A stretch of 64,000 nt of DNA from Neoconidiobolus thromboides FSU 785 (Eukaryota > Fungi > Entomophthoromycota): contig MU626270.1 in the NCBI GenBank assembly GCA_025603075.1, positions 143,882-207,881 of the forward strand, given 5' to 3'. Every line of letters starts with the position of its first letter. The stretch's first letter is position 1. Under the pieces are notes generated by a model. The model searched no databases. It saw only the letters and a program-made list of their open reading frames with translations, and was not told where the DNA came from. The translations under genes and the position numbers were made by a program. Positions 49,306-63,565 of the stretch are shown here, piece by piece.

Positions 49306-50534
49306 AATATTAGTTTCTAAAGGATTAACTTTATTCTTATTAAGTTTTGTAATAAATTTTTTGCAGTGGCTTTTAGTTCTGATTAAAATTAAAGTAACCA
49401 GTTTTAAATAAATATTAATTTGGGGTATTATAAAGCAAATCGCAGGTATTTTATTAATTTGGCAATAAAATAAATTTCAAGTTTTGGAAATTAGCTTGAA
49501 TTGAGGAGCAATGACGTGAAATTTTTAGTTTTAAATCAAAATGTGGTAAATTTTAGACTGGAATATACTTAATTGGATTAAAGTTTGTAATGTTTGAAAA
49601 ATTATAACAACCTTATTAATTAAATGCTTCTAGTATTACATCGTAAAGTATCAAATAAACAAAGTAATATACAAAGAGAGTATAATGATACTTTGCTTAA
49701 TATCATTATTTATTCCAAGCAGTGATTTATTCATAAAAGATGAATTGTAGTTTACTTATATGGAACAATTAATCCATCTAAATGGGATTAAAGGTGAATT
49801 TATTATTTAAACACTATTTTTAAGCTGAGGCATCCGGCCACAGCTTTATGGTTTAAATTAATAGAACTGAATTTCACTCCAAAACTCTCCTTTTATTATG
49901 TATAAATAAAATATGTACTGTTATTATGATTTGCACATCAACGTTAACATTGCTGTCTACTTATAATCAGTTTATATAAACTCTATTCTTCATACCAATG
50001 TTATGTCAACTTAAAGTACAACTATACATAAATTGTATAGTTTAAAATGATTAATTACAATCAAAACTTTTATATAACAAATCTTATGTATTTATAATTT
50101 TTATAATCTTTATTTTTTTTAAAAAGCATGGCACAAAATATATTATATTTAAAAGTATATCATTAAAATAAATAGATAACAAATTTAATTAAATCAATTA
50201 ATTTTTTTTTAATAATTGAGCAAGGTATGATTTAACTGCTGCTTTATATTATAAGCATTTAAATAACGTATCTATAATTTGTATAAAAATTATTCGTTTA
50301 ATATTTTATTGTTCACTCATTTTAGTAATATAAATTTATTCTATATTCTATCATCCTAAAATTTTTATCATATAATCCAGAGATAAGGGAGGGAAATTTA
50401 GGGATAAGAACGTTACATCATATCGCTTATAAAATGTAATCAATTTTTGTAATTTGTTTCGAAAAAAACTAAAGAGTATAAAAGCGACAACAATACTCTT
50501 TAAACAATAAATTTTAATTCAATATTTATTAGCT

Positions 50535-52857
50535 ATGATGTCTATAAATAAAAATTTAACCTCCAAAAATAATAAACCGGTAGCTAATGACAAATTGAAG
50601 CAACAAATTGTCCAAGAAGAAATCAATTTACCTGACTTAGTGAAGTTGGACCCCTGGTTGAAGCCATATGCTGACATAATTAATTCAAGGTAACTAAGCT
50701 ATATTTTGTTGTTATAACTCTATTATTCAATTATAAAACAACATATTTTTAAAACAACATTTAAATAGAATTTCCAAAGTTGATGAATGGATTAATAATT
50801 TTAAATCTGGAGATGGAAGCATTGACAAATTCACCAAAAGTTATGAAAGATATGGTTTTCAAGTGACTAAAAATTCAGTTATATATCGTGAATGGGCCCC
50901 AAATGCCATCCAAGCTTCCTTGATAGGTGACTTTAATAATTGGGATCGTAAAGCTCACCCCATGAAAAAAGATAAATTTGGTTTATTTACTATTGAAATC
51001 CCAAACATATCTGGTGCTCCTGTAATCCCTCACAACTCTAAAGTCAAAGTAAGATGATTTCCTAAGACTATTTAACATAAATAATTAATTTTTAAGGTAT
51101 CGTTTTTAACCCCAAATGGTGAGATGATTGACAGATTACCAGCCTGGTCTCGCTATGTAACCCAAGACTTAAATGTAAGCCCAATTTATGATTCAAGGTT
51201 CTGGAACCCAGCTGAAGAATATGTTTGGAGACACGACAAGAATCCAACAGTTGAAAATCGTAAAAAAGGGGCTCAAAATGGTTCATTACGTATCTATGAA
51301 GCCCATGTTGGTATAAGTTCACCTGAAGGTAAAGTATGCACTTATAGGGAATTTGCAGACAACATTTTACCTCGCATTGCAAAGCTTGGGTATAACGCAG
51401 TTCAAATGATGGCTATTATGGAACATGCTTATTACGCAAGTTTTGGGTATCAAGTCACTTCATTCTTTGCCACCTCTTCTAGATATGGTACTCCCCTTGA
51501 TTTTAAATACGTTGTAGACAAAGCCCATTCCTTAGGATTAGTAGTGTTATTAGATATGGTTCATTCCCATGCTTCTAATAATGTTTTGGATGGGCTTAAT
51601 CAATTTGACGGTTCTGATCATCATTATTTCCATGAGGGGCCTAAAGGAAGACATGAGCTTTGGAACTCGCGTCTTTTCAATTATGGGAGTTATGAAACCC
51701 TTCGATTTTTACTTTCTAATTTGAGATTTTATATGGATGAATATCATTTGGATGGTTTCCGTTTTGATGGTGTAACTTCGATGCTTTATTCACATCACGG
51801 TATTGGCGTTGGCTTTTCTGGCCACTATGATGAGTACTTCTTAAGAGGCGTTGATGAAGAGGCTGTTACTTACCTTATGTTGGCCAACAAGATTTTACAT
51901 GAGCTATATCCAACTTGCATTACCATTGCTGAAGATGTAAGTGGTATGCCAGGTCTTTGTCGTCCAACTTCTGAAGGTGGTGTTGGCTTTGATTACAGAC
52001 TTGGAATGGCTGTTCCAGATATGTGGATCAAATACCTCAAAGAGCTTAAAGATGATCAATGGGATTTTGGTCACATTGTACATACTTTGACAAATCGTCG
52101 TCATTTGGAAAAAACAATTGCTTATTGTGAGTCTCATGATCAAGCCTTGGTCGGAGATAAAACTATTGCCTTTTGGTTAATGGATGCAGAGATGTATACC
52201 AATATGTCAGATCTTACTGCTTTAACTCCTACTATTGAGCGTGGTTTAGCGCTCCATAAAATGATTCGTTTACTTACTCATGGATTAGGCGGTGAAGGTT
52301 ATTTAAATTTTGAAGGTAATGAGTTTGGACATCCAGAATGGTTAGATTTCCCAAGAGAAGGTAATGGTTCAACTTTCCATTATGCACGTCGTCAGTTTAA
52401 CTTGGCAGATGATCAATTACTTCGTTATAAATATCTCTATGCCTTTGATTCAGCTATGAATAATACTGAAAAAGAGTATGGTTGGCTATCTTCCCCTCAA
52501 GGCTATGTATCCTTAAAGCATCAAGACGATCGTGTGATTGTATTTGAAAGAGCAAATCTATTATTTATATTTAATTTCCATGACAGTAAATCCTTTACTG
52601 ATTATCGAGTTGGAGTCCATAATCCAGGTAAATATCAAATCCTTTTGGATTCTGATTCTAAAGACTTTGGTGGGTTTGGTCGTATTCAACATGATACTTC
52701 TGTCTTCTTTACCACCCCTGAACCATGGCATGGTAGAGATCATTATCTCCAAGCTTACCTCCCTACTCGTACTGCTTTGATTTTAGCTAAAGTTGATGAA
52801 TCTGCTAAAAGCAAACTTGCTTTTGAGAAGTTCCATCCCAATCCCTTATCTGCTTAA
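50535..52857 (+). CDS. GLC3: 1,4-alpha-glucan (glycogen) branching enzyme, GH13 (multi-exon)
   Basis: [60 protein letters not shown] and [19 protein letters not shown]. Confidence 0.97.
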
Positions 52858-53566
52858 TTTTTGTCTATTGATATTATAAAAGTATTTTAATATTAAATAT
52901 CTATTTTCTTGTTTTTTAGGAGTCGATTATTTTAAATGAATATTTTTCCAGTAATATTAAAAACGATTTTATAAAATAAGGTATTAAACAATTAATTTGA
53001 AAGCAAAGTAAATAAACTAAACTAATTTAAAGTTCTAATATAAACAATGATAATATAGCCTAAATAGCAACATAGATACTAAATATTCCTAGAAAATAAT
53101 TAAATCACTCTTTTTAAAAGTAAAATATGAGAATTAATAATTTCAATTTCACTAATGTATAATTTAAAAATCGTAATGACTAATATTTTAATTCATTTAC
53201 AATAAATTATTATTCCATTAACATTATTAAAAATCATTGTGTATCATAATTATAAAATAATTTTTAACATTACAATTTATTCAAACAAGGTGTTTTTAAA
53301 ATCACAATTTGCTCATCATTTCTAAAACAGAGATAATCTATACTTATTATTTGGTAATCAAGTCACGCTTTATAGCAGCCAATCAAATGCCAAAGCTAAT
53401 TTCTATGGGATAATACAACCTTCAAATTACAAAAAACGGAGAAATTAAGATCAAAAAAATTTATTGAGCTAAAATTAGTTATTACCAAACTGGATATGTA
53501 AAAGCTAGCTTCAAGCTATAAAAATATAAAATACAATGTAACGACTATATATAAGCGCCACTTAAT

Positions 53567-54427
53567 TTAAACATAATAATGTTTCAATTCTCTATACACA
53601 CTTTTGAGATGCATGCAACGGTTGTAAAAGTTTGCTTGCATACCAAAGGGGGATTCTAAACAAGTTACAATTGAACAGGGGTCACATTGAGCAATTGCAT
53701 TTGCTTCAACTAACATTTGAAAGATCACAGTGTTACGATGACTGGGAAGCATTTCATTTCTTGAAGATATGTGATCTAAACCAGCAGTCAAAAGACAAGC
53801 TGGTACCTTTGGATAATTTCTACATAAAGCAATTTTATACTCTTGGAATAACTCATAGTTGGATAAACCTTTTAATAAGGCATACAAAGCCTCAGTATAA
53901 GTAAGTATAAATTCTTTACATTTCTTATCATGGATGTTGCTAGCTTCAAAATCATAAGTTTGAAGAAAATGGTCCAATGGATGTGGAGCATGGATCAAGT
54001 GTTGGAGGCTTGCAACTTGATGACAGATTGGTCTCTTTTCATAAACAGGGAATATGGGTATTTCAAACCCATTATTGCTTTTGATAAAGGAATTAGGTCT
54101 TAACGGATTAAACTTTTTCAATACTTTATTGTTTTCTTTATCTCTTAACTTCCTCATTTTCAATTTATGATCATGGATCTTTTTAAGCCTAAGTAACTTT
54201 TCAATATCGCAATCTCTAGGCTTTTCTTTAACTTTTTCGGTTTTCTCTTCAACTTTTGGTTTGGCTATTGGAAATAATATTTGTTTGATAATCTGGCAAA
54301 TACCAATTGCTAAAGCTGGGAAGAAGACGATGGCGCTGATCAAAGTCATCAATAGGAAGTTGCCATTATTCTCAGGCTTAGCTGAGGGCTTTATAGTCTG
54401 GGAATTTGATTTCAATTCTATTGTCAT
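53567..54427 (-). CDS. Hypothetical 286-aa protein with one N-terminal TM helix, a Lys-rich segment and a Cys/His-rich C-terminal domain
   Basis: Long intronless ORF with coding-like GC and the hydrophobic FLLMTLISAIVFFPALAIGICQII. No family recognised. Confidence 0.7.
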   Translation of the reverse strand: MTIELKSNSQTIKPSAKPENNGNFLLMTLISAIVFFPALAIGICQIIKQILFPIAKPKVEEKTEKVKEKPRDCDIEKLLRLKKIHDHKLKMRKLRDKENNKVLKKFNPLRPNSFIKSNNGFEIPIFPVYEKRPICHQVASLQHLIHAPHPLDHFLQTYDFEASNIHDKKCKEFILTYTEALYALLKGLSNYELFQEYKIALCRNYPKVPACLLTAGLDHISSRNEMLPSHRNTVIFQMLVEANAIAQCDPCSIVTCLESPFGMQANFYNRCMHLKSVYRELKHYYV

Positions 54428-55816
54428 ATTTTTTAAATAAAAAATAAAAACAAAATTAACTTTTAGTCTATTTATAAATGCAATCTCAGCTTTTTAAGCA
54501 AAAGTTTGGTAGCTAATTTCAAGTTTATTCTTCTATTATCACAATGACAATAATAACAAGCCTTCCTTTATTTTAACGCTTTTAAGATTAGACTTGATAG
54601 GAAGTTTCTAAGGAACTTAACCAATTAAATTTGTTGTAACTAAAAGTGTTGATTAACTACATTTTTTATTGGTGACCTCTCAATAAAAGTAACAAAAGTG
54701 GTTATAATATAAAAAAGGGTTGAGATATTGAAAAATCAAGGATAGTGAGAACTTAGGATATTTATTAAAAAACACTACTGTACCAACTATTGCTATTTAT
54801 AACAAATCATCCTTTAATTATAAAAATTTTGAGCATTAAATGCCCTTTCTTCCCCCTTGATTTCAGAAGTGATTTTTTTCTTCCCACCTTTTAGATCATG
54901 TTAAGTATCATTTGTTTAATTGAAATCTTTGTTTACCCTCAATGCTAAATAAATTGTTATATTCACTTTAATGTTTTACTTATACAAGGGTTAATAAAGC
55001 TAATATACCTTTTTTACCTGGTATCAATATAGCTTCTTATCAATTACTATTTAATAAGTGCTAGAACTTAAAGCATTAATGAATTAGGTAATGGATTATA
55101 TAAAATATATTTAGTAAATGCAGGTAAGTCTATTCATTTTATAAATTCTCGTATATAACTATAAACCGTATTTTTGAACTCGTTTATTACTTGATATTTA
55201 TAATGGTAAAAACCAAAATATTTATCCATCTCAAGGAGCAGTTAGTAATGAAGTGGTGTAACTGTTATCTTATATACTGGATAAGTATATTTCTATTTTT
55301 AGTAGAAAAAATGTAATAGAATATTAGAATATTATAGATTTTAACTTTTAACTATAATTATAAAGAAATTTTCAATTAAGCAGTCTTTTGTTTGAGAATT
55401 TAACTATAATTTTTCAACTTTTAAGCAACTTAAAACTGATTAAGATTTTTGAAGAAATATTTCCCAAATATGTTTTTTTCACAGTGATTTAAGCTCAAAT
55501 AAGTGGTAACAGCTAATTGTTCATTTAAAAGAAAATGACATAATTTTCTCTGAAGCTTATTAGATCAAGCTTTAAAAAAGTGGAGCAAACAAATAGTTGC
55601 CGAAAATATCAAAAAATTACATATTTAACTTCAATAGTATTTCAGGTATCTATTTAAAACAATGTAGCATAATTTTCCCGCAATATCAACTGATCAATAT
55701 ATAAAGGAGCTTCTGAATCTTATTAAGTAAAATTAAAGATAAATAACCATAATTGTATAGTTAAAAAGGATCTAAAGATTAAAAAATTAATGACGTTTTG
55801 GTTAAACCTCTTAGCC

Positions 55817-56976
55817 TTAAACTTCTTCTAGAAATGAAACACCTGTATGCTTTACATCCCTAAATTTTATAAAAGTATCAATAACAAACAAGGCAATTAA
55901 ATATAAGTAATAATTTATTAGGGATTTTAAGGAAAAAGATGCCACTTTAGCACCAACCTTACAACTGTCTCTTGTTTTTGAAGAGAAAATGATATTAGGA
56001 GGAAATTAATAATTTAATAATACAAGCCATATTTTTTAAGATGAGGGATTAAACGAAGTGTTGATTTTTTAAATGAAATAGGAGAGGTAGGCGGTATTCT
56101 ACCTTTTAATAATAGCTCGGGTTCAATATGCGATATACCTACTGCATTATCTATAAGTTGGTCAACTAATTTTTTATTAGTTGGACTTCTCCTTCTACCT
56201 CCTTCACCTACTATTTTATCGATGATTTTATTTAGTGTGTCATTGAGATCTTTAGGAACTAAAATATTTAGTATATTAATTGAAAAAATATAGAATCAAT
56301 TACTATCTTTTTTTGATGTGGTATTACAATAAGTTATTTTATACATAGGAAGTAACACAGGTATGTCTAACTTTTTTAAATACTTTTCTAATACTAAAAA
56401 AATACATTAATTATTGAATAATAACAATAAGATATATTTACATAAATCTCCTTTATCCAAAATAGTACATCGTAATTTATCATTAAATTTACTTTTAAAA
56501 TCAGATTTTCTCCATTTGCCTTTTGGACGGTATTCTGGTTTAACTGGCTTTGCTCTAACCCAATGAACAAATCTTGAATCAACTCCGCACTCATCATGAC
56601 TCTTTTTATTGTCAATATCTTTGTTAGTAGATTGAATTCTAATATTGATATCATCTACTTTCTTTTTAATTGATTTGGTTTCGTTATTTGATTTTATTGA
56701 CTTGGGCTTGTTGTTTAGTTTTGTTGAATCCCCATGTTTTATATACTTACGATAAACATAATCAATACTAAGACAACTAAATATAGGGTATGCCAAGTTC
56801 GTAGCATAGACCATACAATTAAATACAAAATTAATAATCTTATAAAAGGAGGATTGCTTAGGACGGATAAGAAAAAATATTGATATATTTTTCAACGCTT
56901 TACTATCAAACAATATCCTCTTGACCAAAATAAAAAAATTGGTTTTCAGCCCAACTGGTATGGCTTCTAATTGCAT
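55817..56976 (-). CDS. Hypothetical ~337-aa protein, 4 exons, hydrophobic segments at both ends
   Basis: Exons 56976-56442, 56393-56304, 56258-56024 and 55970-55817 are joined by GT-AG introns of 48, 45 and 53 nt with compatible phases (1014 nt in total, open to TAA). No family recognised. Confidence 0.65.
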
Positions 56977-57867
56977 TTTGGTTATATAACTATTTCAATT
57001 AAATATTGAAATGATTTTAGAATCAAGAAATAATTGTTAAAATAAAAGTCAAAAGTTTGAAAAAGAAGTGATTTTATGGGTGATTTTATACTTAAGAAAT
57101 TTTAACTCTCTCCTTATTTTAAATCATACCCTTGTCAATTAATCCAATAATTGTCTCTGTTCCTTTCTTTTTAGCTATTGAATTATAATTCAAATTTCGT
57201 TACTATATTTAACTTTAATTGGTCTAATCAACTTCCTTTCACGATCATCTGTAGTTGACAACTTGTACTTAATTTAACGTTTATCAAATAAAATAATACA
57301 GTAAACTATTTATAATAATATACACCTTAATTTTTACAACTATTTTAATAGATGATACTAGAAAACTCTGTTGTCACTTAATAACAGTACAACAGTATAT
57401 CACATCTTTTAGGATACACCCCAAAGCTTTTATTTATGCAAACTTCTATTTTCGCATCAGTTTTCCATTCTATTTGAATATTATTGGTAAAGCGGATTTT
57501 GAAGTCGTTTGAAAAGTATCTAAAAATAAATATTGATGAATTGTTAGCTCTATTCTCAATTTTAGTCTATTTAAAATCGAACAAAATGTTATATTTAAAC
57601 TTAGTCAATTTTTATAATGTCATTTATTAATTTGGGGTTCATTATATTATCATTTTATAATATTCTATATTGAAAAATATTTTATTTTATAATTAAATGT
57701 ACTTATAAAAGTTATCCTAAATTTTGGACTTTAAAATTTCACACTTATTTTTAACAATTTTTAATTACTTTGTTTGAAATAACTGATAAAGTATAGTAAT
57801 AACATGCTTTCTTATTAATATAGTTAAAAGCACATCATTAAAAGTAGCAATTGATAATCTAATGAGA

Positions 57868-57895
57868 TTTTGTTTTTGTTTTTGTTTTTGTTTTT
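57868..57895. repeat. (TTTTTG)n microsatellite
   Basis: Read directly from the sequence. Confidence 0.85.
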
Positions 57896-58839
57896 ATAAT
57901 AGATTATTTGTTTATCACATTTAATATCTCATATCTTCTGTCTATACTTCACAATTTTTTATAATAAATTTGTGTGTGCCATATATGTTACGGGTAAGTT
58001 TAAAAACTCGGTTAAATCAAGAATAAAAGTTCCTATTTCACTTTTTTTGTTCATTTACTATATAGTGCTAATTTTCAAAAAATATTAAATAAATACTATA
58101 TAAAAAACGCTTAAATAAAGTTATTTTAAATTAAGCAAAAAAGTATACTTTTGTAGTGCTTGGTAATTAATTTGCAATTTTATTAAAAATCTAAATTGGA
58201 CAAAAGTGAACCAAGCTTTAAATTAACCTATATTAATAATTATATTATAATATTTAACAATTAAATACTTTAAGTGAAAAATCGATTCAATATGCAGTCA
58301 AATATTCTGGCTTTTTTATTATTCAACTTAACTTCTATTAAGTTTCTAATTTTTAAAACATAATTATATATTTAATTATTTATTAAATAAAAGTAATAAA
58401 TAAACTAAATGTACTAAATAATATGTTTAACAGGATGTGAAAATACTATTATTTATTTATTACTAAATAAAAAGGAATTTTAAAACCAACTATTCTTATT
58501 AATATTCTATTGTTTTATTTAAATATAGGTTTTTTTATATCAATACAGTCACTTTAATTTTTTATATGTTAGTTTATTAGTTTATTTTTATGTACAATAA
58601 ATTATTATTTAATAGACATCTGACATTGTATGAAGAAATAAAGTAAGTTTATTGAACTTTTATAATGTTTCAAATAGTTAATCAATATTTGTGCAAAAAA
58701 AAGTAGTAAATAAAATCTCAACTGCTAACATTGTTAGTAAGCCATTTGAATTACTAATACGTCAACAATGATTATAAAAAATCCAATTAATCATTTAATC
58801 CAGTCAAAACTCAATTTTAACAATAAAAGTTATACTAAA

Positions 58840-60416
58840 ATGAATATCAATTTTTTTGGTGGTAATCCATTAAACAGGTACCTTATTAACAACTAACTAT
58901 TATAACATTAGCTATAAGAAGAAATAACAATATAAATTAGAAATGGACCTTCTCGCGAACGCCTTTCAATTATGAGAAAAAAGCTGATTTCAGATAACAG
59001 TAAAGTATTATTATTCAACAAAGATAAAGCTTTGTTTCAATCTGGAGCAAAAAGTTTATATATTTCAAACTATCAAAACATAAGTGGACTATTTCATGGT
59101 ATTGAATTATATAATGAAAATATTGAAAAAGAAGGACAGAGAGAAATCTATAAGAAATTGCAATATGATTATGGTTTAATTTTGATCTATCTGGGATTTC
59201 ATCAATCAGAAAATAGCGACTACTTTGCTCTTCAGTTAAATGGCACCAATAAACTTTTACCAAAAAATGAAGATTTTATAAATGGTAAACTATTTATATA
59301 TTATGATATTATTTATAATCATGAAATAAATAACAGAATTAACTAAAAGTGGAAATGAATTTTTAAGATTAAGGCCTGCCGCTTTTGGTTTAAAACCTGA
59401 AGTTGCAGCTATTGTATCTCAAGCTAGAGCAATAGTAAGATATTATTTTAATCGATTTTATTTTACTAAACAGTTTAACATTCAGCTTGACTGGCACAGT
59501 AAAAGCAAATATTGTCCAAGTTGTGGTTCTATAACAGGTGGTTATTAATTTATTTGGTTAAAATTGATCTAATTTTTATTCAGCTTACGGAGAGTCTGGT
59601 TATAAAAGAATATGTTTAGGATTATCAATAGATCAAGAGATCCCATGTACAGCTAATAATTCGATTCAAAATTTTAGCTATCCTAGAACGGGTAGTGATT
59701 TTACATCTAGTTTTATTAATAATGCTAATAAAAATAATAAGATGCTGTTGGTATTGTATGTGTCATCTCAAAAGATGGAGAAAAAATATTATTAGGTAGA
59801 AAATCAGTATTTCCAAAAAAAGTGTATTCTTGTGTAGCTGGTTTTTTTGAGCCTGGAGAATCACTTGAAGTAATTTAGTTGATTCAAGACTTTTCTCAAA
59901 TTGATTATTTAATTAGGAAGCTATACAAAGAGAAGTACTTGAAGAGACTGGGGTAGTTGTTGATAATGTTAAGTATATTTCATCACAGCCATGGGTAATT
60001 CTTACATTACGTAATTTGAAAATATTAAATAAAACATTTTTATAGCCATTTCCTAGTAATTTGATGATTGGATGTCATGCCTATGCAGTTACCGAAGAAA
60101 TAAATAAAGACGATGAGGTACTCTTAACTTGATTATTTAATAACTTTATTTATATCATCTTCAATAGGAATTAGAAGGTAAATAAAATGATTTACTCATA
60201 AACAAGTAATTGAACCACAATTTAGATGCCAAATGGTTTACAAGACAACAAGTGTTAAAGGCAATAGGTAACGAAGTCAACACTTTTTCTTTTTGGTCTG
60301 ATCCTCCAAAAGCAGATAGCGAAGTTGCAGATATTGAATTGGTTTTACCTACTAAACATTCGATCGCTTATAATATCATCGTCGCTTGGGCCAATAACTC
60401 TACTTCTCATCTTTGA
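58840..60416 (+). CDS. NPY1: NADH pyrophosphatase / NAD-cap decapping Nudix hydrolase (NPY1/NUDT12/NudC), multi-exon
   Basis: [13 protein letters not shown], zinc-ribbon exons (KYCPSCGS), [11 protein letters not shown]|[13 protein letters not shown] (Nudix box) and SQPW|[10 protein letters not shown], with C-terminal SHL. Confidence 0.93.
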
Positions 60417-60715
60417 GTTTCACTAAATTTTAGTTTAACTGGGTCATATAGGATCTATATTTAGTATTTGGCTTTTAATTAGACATAAATTTATATGAAT
60501 TAATATAATCGTATGATTTAATAAATTAATTGAAGCGTTTATTTTATGATATTATGATTATGTATTTTCTATTATTTAAATGGGTTATTATATGATGTTA
60601 ATTGTTAGTATGGTTACTTTTTATTTTTTGCCACAAAATTTGCATTTTATAATTGTAGTTTTTGATGTCATTATAAATAAAAATGTTTATAATAATAAGA
60701 ATTATTTCTTAATAA

Positions 60716-63383
60716 ATGGAAGGTAATTTATAATTCAAGTCAATTAATTTAACAATTAGTTAACTAAATTCAACTAGATCTTAGCAAGAAAGTAGAGACT
60801 AGTAAGTAAATAATATAATTCAAAATAAACTATTTAATTATAAATTCAGTAATCATCGATGTTGACGAAAAGCTTAATGAATTAATTAATCAATGTGAAG
60901 CTTCAATAAAAAAAGAAAAATATTCCGAAGCTCATTCAATTTTAAAAGAAGCATTATCAATTGATAGTCAAAACCCAAAGATTATAGCGTTAACTAAGAA
61001 ACTCATTTCTATCAAAGATCCAAGTTTAGATGAATCATTACCAAAAGAGTTACTTTTAAAAATATGTAATGAAAATGTTGAAATACACGAAAAGTTAGAA
61101 GCAGTACAGAAGTTAGAAAAATTAAGCTCTCAACCAAACTCAGTATTCGTTAATCAATTTAATGAACTTAATGGACCAGTATTAGTTTTAGAAACATTAT
61201 TAAATGTTTTAAAAAATAGTCAGAATTATAAAGAGGAATTCATTCAATATCTATTAAAAAACATAACGAACTTAACACAAAATCAATCCTGCTTAGAATC
61301 CATAATAAAAAAGTTGGCTTTGATTGGAGATTTATCATTGCCAAAATTACAAGATGAAACTGTTACTTTATTCTCAGGATTATTTAGAAATATGTTTATT
61401 GAGATTAGTAGTTTGAAGAATCAAGATGTCAAAAATATAGTTAAAGATAAGTTGTATTTATTGTATTTAAATGTTTTATTTGCTATAGGTAAAGGTTATT
61501 CAAAGAACGTTTTCAAAAATTCCATTTTACCAATAATTCAAACCTTTTCTTTGTATGATTTTCCATTTCAATTTTCAAATCATATTCTTTTTAAAAATAT
61601 GATGATTGATAATTTATATTCAAAAGATGAAGAAATTCGAGGTTTAACAATTATTATACTAATGAAGGCAAAAGAAAATAAAGAAGCTTTTGATTCTATA
61701 TCCAAGTCTCTTACTAAAAAATTTGATGATTTACAATCAAATACTTCTCAATTACAATGTTTTGTATTCCTTAAATCCGTATTTCAATGTATTGAGCCTT
61801 TAGGTTTAGAATTAATAACTCAAGAATCATGGCTATTAGAAACATTAGATTTAATCTCCTTTGAAAAAGAAGAATCTCAAATTGAAATGGTGGAAGTTTT
61901 GGGCTTAGCGTGTAATACAACAGAGGGTAGAAAATTAATAATGGAAACTTCCTTAGTTTATTTAGACCAATTATCTAAAAATAAAGGTCAAAAAATGAGT
62001 GTATTAAGAGCACAAGCCATTTTAGTTAAATCAAAATTATCAATCGAAAATAAAATAGAAATTGATCAATCAACTATCGATGACTTGGTAATGCCACTAA
62101 TTGATATTATAATTGATAAAGAATCCATACTTAGTTCAGCTGCTAAAATGACAGCTATAGAAAGTCTTACCTTTTATAGTATTCATCCTAAAGTACGAGC
62201 TATCCTTGGTAATAATTTTTTGTTTTGGGCTGGACTTACGAAGTTGGGTTTATTAGAGGATATACATCCAGCAACACTTTATGGTATTAGTGCCATTCTA
62301 TCCAATGTATTAGCTTATCGTAAAGTATTAACTAAGGAGCAAGAACAAATTAAGAAATTAAAAAAATTAGCTAAAGAATCTAATCAAACTATTGATGAAA
62401 TGCAAGATCCAAATATGACTGATGATATAGTAAAAAAGAGAAATTCATTAATTATAAGAGCTCCTAATCTATTATCTTTATTAGTTAAGCTTAGTAAAAC
62501 TAAGAAGCAGAATATATATGCCTGTTTAGCCAATATTTATCTTAGTTTAGCTACGGATAAATTAAATCATGGAGAATTATTTAAATATGGAACGGTTAAA
62601 GCTTTATTGCCAATTGCTATTTCAGAATCAATAGAAGTTGCTTTATTAGCCACTCAAGCACTTGCTAAACTTGCCATTCATACCGACCCCAAAATTGCCT
62701 TCCCAGGGGAATTAAAAGTAGAGGCTGTTCGACCATTTTTAAATGTTTGTCAAGGTGGAAGTGAAGTTTATAGTTCTGCTTCTCTTTTACAACAATTTGA
62801 ATGTTTACTTTCTCTTACTAATCTTTCTTGTGAATATCCAGAAGTTCGTCAAAGAATTGTTAGTTTAAAAGGATTATCAGCTATTGAAATGTTGATATTA
62901 TCCGATAATTCAATGGTTCAAAGAGCGGCTACTGAATTACTATGTAATATGGTAACTAACCAAGAGGTTTATGAACTTTATTCAACAGCTGGAGCAAAAA
63001 ATAAAATTCATACATTATTAGCGTTGTCAGATACAGATGATGATAGTACAATTATAGCAGCTAGTGGTGCATTAGCAATACTATCGAATTCCACTCAAGT
63101 TTGTATTAATATTTTAAAATTACCAGTTACGTTAAGGGTTATACCATTACTTATTGCTACTAATACTGGAATTGATAAACAAATTCGTGGGTTAGAGATA
63201 CTTAAAAATATATTAATTAATTTTAATAATAATAGAGAAGCATTTAAAGGGATCAATTTATTCGAAGTATTTAATAAACTTACTATTAGTGGTTTAAATG
63301 CATTGAATAGTAATAATAATCCATCTCAAGTCAAAGAAACTGCCAATGCTATCGTTAAGGTTTTAAATTCAATATCCCAATAA
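60716..63383 (+). CDS. SHE4: UCS-domain myosin chaperone (UNC-45/She4/CRO1)
   Basis: ALESLT-like AIESLTFYSIHPKVR, ATQALAKLAIHTDPKIAF, LLQQFECLLSLTNL and MVQRAATELLCNM. Two short 5' exons precede a long exon that opens at about 60850. Confidence 0.9.
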
Positions 63384-63565
63384 AATGTTTTTTTATATTC
63401 TTGTATTTAATATTTTGTTTTAGTTAAATTAAATACTAAATATTACAAGATTGATTTAGTTACTTGTCTAAAATCTAATAACTCAAATTATTTAATAATA
63501 TAAAACATTTTTTTCTCACATCACAAAAGTTTAATAATGGCTTTTAATCCTTATTTATTAAGAAA

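Noticed and set aside
55384-55436. Possible highly decayed extra MITE copy (also one at about 31300-31365)
   Set aside because: Similarity is limited to A/T-rich core words and both termini are missing; not distinguishable from background by eye.
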